A DNA stretch of 64,000 nucleotides, from assembly GCA_043228905.1 (NCBI GenBank), contig JBHGNT010000011.1, forward strand, positions 8,680,001 to 8,744,000, in the 5' to 3' direction. A program made the translations under genes and the position numbers. Positions 54,001 through 60,000 of the stretch are shown one piece after another; the first letter of the stretch is position 1; each line of letters opens with the position of its first letter. The notes beneath the pieces were generated by a model, which was not told the DNA's origin, did no database searches, and saw only the letters and a program-made list of their open reading frames with translations. The stretch is from Azolla caroliniana. Taxonomy: Eukaryota > Plantae > Polypodiophyta.

Positions 54001-57000
54001 GGCAAAGAAGTCTGCAAAGGAGGGATAAATCCCATGCCAGATCCAAGTCCAGAGATAAGCTCACATGCTTTTACTGTGGAAAGCCTCAACACTTCCAGAA
54101 GGACTGTCGACACCTCAAGAAGGACAAGGGTGTCGGTAGTTATGTCGAACCCAAGAAGATTCCTGATGAAAAGGACACATCCATTGTAGCTACGAGTGCA
54201 TAGGAGATCGTGTTCATCTGTGAGTAGGCAAGCATGAATCTTGCAAGTGAAGAGGGTTCCTGGGTAATCGACTCGGGTGCATCTTTCCATATAACTCCGT
54301 CGAGAGAGTGTTTCTCAACTTACACAGCCGAGGATCATGGCTATGTAAAGATGGGAGATAATGGGGAATGCAAGATAGCCGGCATTGGGAGTGTAAGCTT
54401 GTTGACGTCGACAGGTTGTCGACTAACCCTGAGGGAAGTTCGACATGTCCCTGATATCATATTGAATCTGATATCGACTGGAAGGTTGGATGACGAAGGC
54501 TTCCGAAACGGCAAGTGGAAGTTCTGCCGAGGAAACCTCATAGTGGCCAGAGCATAGAAAGAGGGCACACTGTATATGATGCATGCGCGACTATGCAAGT
54601 CTGAAGTGAATGTGGCAGCCAACTTGAGTGGAGAGTTATGGCATAAGAGGCTTGGCCACATGAGTGAAAAAGGAATGCACATCCTGGCCGACCAGAAACT
54701 TCTCCCAGAAGTGAAAGGAGTACACTTGGAGAAGTGTGTTGATTGCTTAGTCGAAAAGCAGAACAGAGCAGCATTCCACTCAAGACCACCGAGAAGAAGA
54801 GAGGTGCTACTAGAACTAGTACACACAGATGTGTGCTATGTAGATGCTCCATCGCATCGAGGTGGACAATACTTCGTGACGTCCATTGATGACTACAGTC
54901 GAAAGTAGTGGGCTTTTATACTAAAGTCGAAGGACCAAGTACTATCGTTTTTCAAGGAGTTCCAAGCTAGAGCCGAAAGAGAGTCGGGTCGGAAGTTGAA
55001 GGCTGTCCAAACCGGCAATGTTGGCTAATATAAAGGGCAGTTCGAGGAATACTGCAAGGCCCAAGTTATTTGAATCGAATACACAATGCCGAAGATCCCT
55101 GAGTTGAACGGGCTTGCAAAGAGGATGAATCGAACGATTATGGAGAGAGTAAGGAGCACGTTGTCGCATGCTAAGCTGCTGCAATCTTATTGGGCTGAGG
55201 CGATGTATACAGTTGTTTATCTGATCAACAGGTCTCCCTCAATGCCATTGAAAGGTGATGTCCCACAAAGGGTGTGGACAGGAAAGGATGTCTCCTACTG
55301 ACACCTGAGGGTGTTCGGATGTTTAGTGTATATGCATGTGGCTAAGGATCATAGGTCAAAGCTCAATAGTAAGTCGAAACCATGCATATTCATGGGATAC
55401 TCGGAGGATGAGTTCGGCTCAGGTTATGGGACTTAGTTGATAAGAAAGTAGTGAGGAGTTGGGATGTAGTCTTCTTGGAAGACAAGACGATGGAGGACTA
55501 GAAGAAACAAAAGTTGGAATCAACTTCCCAGTCGACTCCCACTACTACCGACTTAAGGCCAAGTGAACCGACACAGTCGACAACTTATGCAATGAAAATA
55601 ACCAAAAATTAATAAAATACACAGTATGGGGATGACAACTTATGCACTGAAGAAAGAAAGAAAGAAAGAAAGAAGAAGAAAGATATATTATCGTCTTTTA
55701 AGAGGCCAAAATGTCCTATAAGACCAAATAAGAGATTACATCTTGAGTGTTGTCTCGTCTTTGAGAACAAATCAAATCAAATAAATACTACCCAGTAAAT
55801 CTAAAAGTAAATAAGATGAAAAGAGAAGAAACGAGGGAATTTGGCTTTTGGCACATGTGAGATTCTCAAGTTAGGTATATTGTAGCTTTTGTCTTCGAAA
55901 GATCTCTAGAATAGGTCGATCCAGAATGATCATGCGTAGGGTCTCATAGGCCATATATCGTCATGCGGTTCTCTTCTCTGTAATAATGACCTTGTCATCT
56001 CTAGATACGGCCCATTTGCCTTCCTTTCTTGCATCAAGCACTCGTCGCATGTTTTCTTTGCAGTGTGCCACTTGGGCTGGAGTGAGATCGTCGTCTAAGT
56101 ATATCTTTTCACCCTTGAGTGCCTTTCTTTTAGAGAGGAAAGCTTTTTTCTTGTCAATATCCATGAAGCGGATGATAAGGGCTTTAGCTCTACACTCATC
56201 TCTTCCCACCCTCCACACCGAAGCAAAAGGAATATCTGATGCTCCAATCTTTGTTCCGAGATTCTTGGCATCTTCTTGTGGACTTCCTTTTTCGGCCCAA
56301 CCAACCACTCGTACATGCAACGCACGAGCTTTCCTCTTGGCTTCTTCTTCTAATGTAGGATTCATCATTGTCGTCCTATCCATGGATGTTCCTTTTTGCT
56401 TTTTCACTACCTCTATCCAAGGAGCATTTGCTTTAATTTCGTTTTGGGCGTGCTCAGCTTGAGCTTTGGCATGTTTGGCCATGTCTGCCCATGTTTGCAT
56501 TTCCTTAGTGACATTGGCTTTCACTGTAGAGATGCATCTTTCCACTGCTTCTTGTCCTTTTTCTAAATCCACTTTTATAGCTCCTAACTCAACCTTACTT
56601 GAGGATATTTCATCCTTAAGGTATTGTGTCATGTCATCCTTGAGCTCTAAGTGTGAATTCTTCACAAGGTTTATTATGTCTTTCAGCATCTCTTCTAATA
56701 ATTCAATCTTGAGAGAGGCATACAGCTCTGTTTTCTGTTTCTCTATCTCTTTTTTCATTTCTTCTTTTAGTGCTATTACTATATCCTCTCTAATAGATTG
56801 ATCTCTTGCGCAATCAAATGGGGTAATAGATCATGTTTCCCATTTTCGACATCAAATGGAATGTCGAATGGGGCCTGCGTTCTGGGTGCCTTGTGCACCC
56901 TTCTAACGCTATTTGAGGTGCTTCCATCCCGTCCTTTTCGTCTATGGTATCTTCTTGGGGTCTTCCATGGATCCGGACCCTTGTCGTGCGTGTTAAGATC

Positions 57001-60000
57001 CATCTTTTCATTTTCTATCCATTCAAACTCCATGGTGTCTTAGGACAGCAGGTATAGGGTATGAAATGCTGAGGGCAAATGAAACAATATAGATTCCAGG
57101 AATTTCTATTGGCCAGAAAACACAGAGGAACAGATTTGGTGGAAAATGCAGGGAATCAGATTTGGCAGAGAACGCAGAGGATCAGGCATTGCAGAAAATG
57201 TAGAGGACTGACATTGCAGAAAACGCAGAGGATTAGACATTGCAGAGAACACACAGGGCAGTCATTGCAGAAAATGCAGAGGCAAATACAGAGCCTAAAC
57301 CCTAAACACAGAGACAGAGAGAAAGAAAGAAAAAAAGATATATTAACGTCTCTTAAGAGGCCAAAATAGCCTATAAGACCAAATAAAAGATTACATCTTG
57401 AGTGTTGTCTCGTCTTTGAGAACAAATCAAAATAAAATAAATCAACTAAAGATCATCAATTGAACACAATGGGCCAAGGGAGTTTTATTTACAAGTCCTG
57501 AAGGGACTGCCACATTAAATGTGGTTGGTGGAGTCTACTCATAGATATCCACTCGAGTACGATTCTGTCATAAGAATATCTAATATTCTTTGACCACATT
57601 TACACTTGACAACTAACTAGATATCACGATCTAGTTCTTTGTGTAACTAGATGGTTCACACAGATGACAATAAAGTGTGCTCACGTACTTTTTAACACAT
57701 TGTGCTTTTCTTCATAAGCACATGTTCACACGAGTTGAGCTTGATTCTCAACAATTTCCAATTGTGGAGGCATAACGTAGTGACTTGACAAACCTTGTGT
57801 GACCTCTCTGGATATGTATGGATCCAATTCAAGGATTCCATTATAATACACATTACCCAGAAAAATAAACCCACTATGATTTGCATTTCTGAAATGAATG
57901 CATCACAATATAGACACAAGTTTAATCAACAATGTTGGACGCCTGTTTGATGATCACACTGAAATAAACAGCAATGCAATTAGTACTAGCACACAGGGTA
58001 TACACTACATTGTCTCAATATTCAAGTTTTTGAATCTTAATGATGTAGCAAGCATTTACATTTATTTGAAGCAATGCAGTAATTTATAATGACAGAAAAC
58101 ATCACCTGATCAAGGGAAAGATTCAGTTCTCGGGCAATTCTCACACATTCTTCGTATGGAAGCCGCCTGTTGTCATGGAAACCAATCCGCTCGTGAAGTT
58201 TCCTTCGCTGCTCCATGCTCATAACTCTTAAGGATGACCACGATCGAGCCCCAAAGAGCTTATATATGTTATTGACATTAAAAATAAAATAAAAAAGACG
58301 AGGAGAATTCACCAAATCATTAGAAAATTTCACACAAGAAAGTAGGGAAAAACAATTATTGTGAATGACATCAACTGGTAATGTTATACCTCTGGTACTG
58401 TTGAACCGGGAAAAATACGCCTTGCAATTTGAGATTGTGATCCACGATAGAAATACTCTAAACTCTTCCAATATTGTTCCAAGTTTTCTTTTGATAAGAG
58501 TTTAAAATAATGTCTAGGAGAGGGGCCAAGATTCAAAACGTGGGCAGATATTGATGATGGTGGCTCAACAGCTGGTTCATCAATATAAGGATTCAACTCT
58601 AGTGCATAGGCTACCCCAGCTTGTGCAGACTCTTGCATGTGATCTCTAGCAACCGAAGGTATCATAACAATCCTGAGCAACTTGAAAGAATATTCACGTT
58701 TTAGCAGGTCAAAAGATAGTGAAAACGTCTAGAACTTAGGAAATTTAAGCATACAAGAGACAACATGCATATTATTCATAATACCATAAATCAGCTACCT
58801 TCAATCGTCGGAGAATATCTACAAGCCAAGCAAGGCGCCCACTTGCATTTAAATCTAGTAATGTTTCAGATTCCTTTCGAGGAAGGTCAGATAATCTCAT
58901 TCCACGCCTACAGCGCTCAGCAAGTCCTTTAATATGTTTGGCTGAACCAATGACCTGCAAGAAGAGTTCCAATGGCATGGACTGTACTGCAACAAGCAAT
59001 GAAAAACTACCCCCATCACTATTGATCTCCATAGATGCATCATGTTCCTCCAAATTAGCATTTTTATCAGTTAAACCAGAAGTATAAAGCCACAAAAACT
59101 GATGAAGCATTCGACATCGGACAAGCTTCGCAGAAATGAAACCATTATCTTGTAAAGTATCTCCTTTGTCCACAATTTCAGGCTTAGGCATTCTCTGCAC
59201 TCCATTTAAAGTAGGAATTTCTTCATCTGTCTTTGGTTTTCTCCAACGGCTTGAGCTTTGGTGGCGCACCAGCATGTCGAAAGCCCGTTGATGCTCATAG
59301 ATTTCAGTCATAATATCTGGCGATATGTCAATAGATGGTAAAAGCACCACGTCCACTGTGCGAATTTGCCCATAATTTGACACACCAGGAAGGCTCACTA
59401 GCATACATTTGCAACGTCCTTCCCTCTGCAGTTTCTGCAGGTTACGTACCACAGTCTTCCTATCAAGAATGGTGTTTTTGCGATCTTCAAGCTCTTCCAA
59501 CCACTTATGCAGTTCACTCCGAAGGATAAACTTCTCCTTCTGTTTTGAAAATGGAAAATGGAAAGAATTGAAAGTCTTTAAAACCTAACAGTTCCTTTTC
59601 TTTAAATGGAGAACTGAAAACAAACTAGAGATTATGTCCATAAGATGACAAAATGATAGAAAGGGGATGTTCTCTATTAACAGTTGCAATTCCGGGAACT
59701 GACATGAGTTTCCTATTATTGTAAGTTACAAACATAGATATTCTCTGTCATTTTCCTCATATTTCCATATAATTTCTTGATCTTTTCTTCTGAATTCCAG
59801 CCCAGTGATCTAAATTTTCTAATAGTAAAAAACAGATACTAGGCTTTGGCAGTCTTCTAGACTTGAAATATGTAACTCATAAATAAATGTACATGATTGC
59901 ACACACCTCTAGTCTTTCCATAATCCATATTTCCCGTTGCGTATGAGCAGTTGACAATGCCACAGTACGCTGGCTACATTTTGAAAATGCAATGGGCAAA

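Larger units (their letters stand above)
55654..57325 (-). mobile_element. Internally deleted RTE-X-like LINE: 5'UTR + ORF1 + collapsed ORF2 + 3'UTR and tail
   Basis: ORF1 57033-55961 with one frameshift near 56795; ORF2 start fused to ORF2 end at ~55927; family 3' terminus at 55654-55870. Confidence 0.8.
46532..57753 (-). mobile_element. Ty1/copia family B copy 2: gag-PR-partial IN (46532-48520) plus a 5' LTR split into three pieces (48521-48607, ~55590-55653, 57441-57753)
   Basis: Gag MNAQMGSALPAEKLDRH.. nearly identical to copy 1; CWYCGKPGHFEAEC; WFMDSGAS; PBS at 48509-48520; the LTR pieces are colinear with LTR 16100-16573 and end TTGATTCTCAACA. Confidence 0.8.

Noticed and set aside
55920-55935. 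ORF2 loss by splicing
   Set aside because: The native sequence has no GT after the 5' breakpoint (CAT|ATGG) and no AG before the 3' one; microhomology explains the join better.
55961-56758. Nested host gene in intron 9
   Set aside because: It is intronless, flanked by LINE 3' termini, followed 6 nt later by the ORF2 start, and has an ORF1p-like motif pattern.
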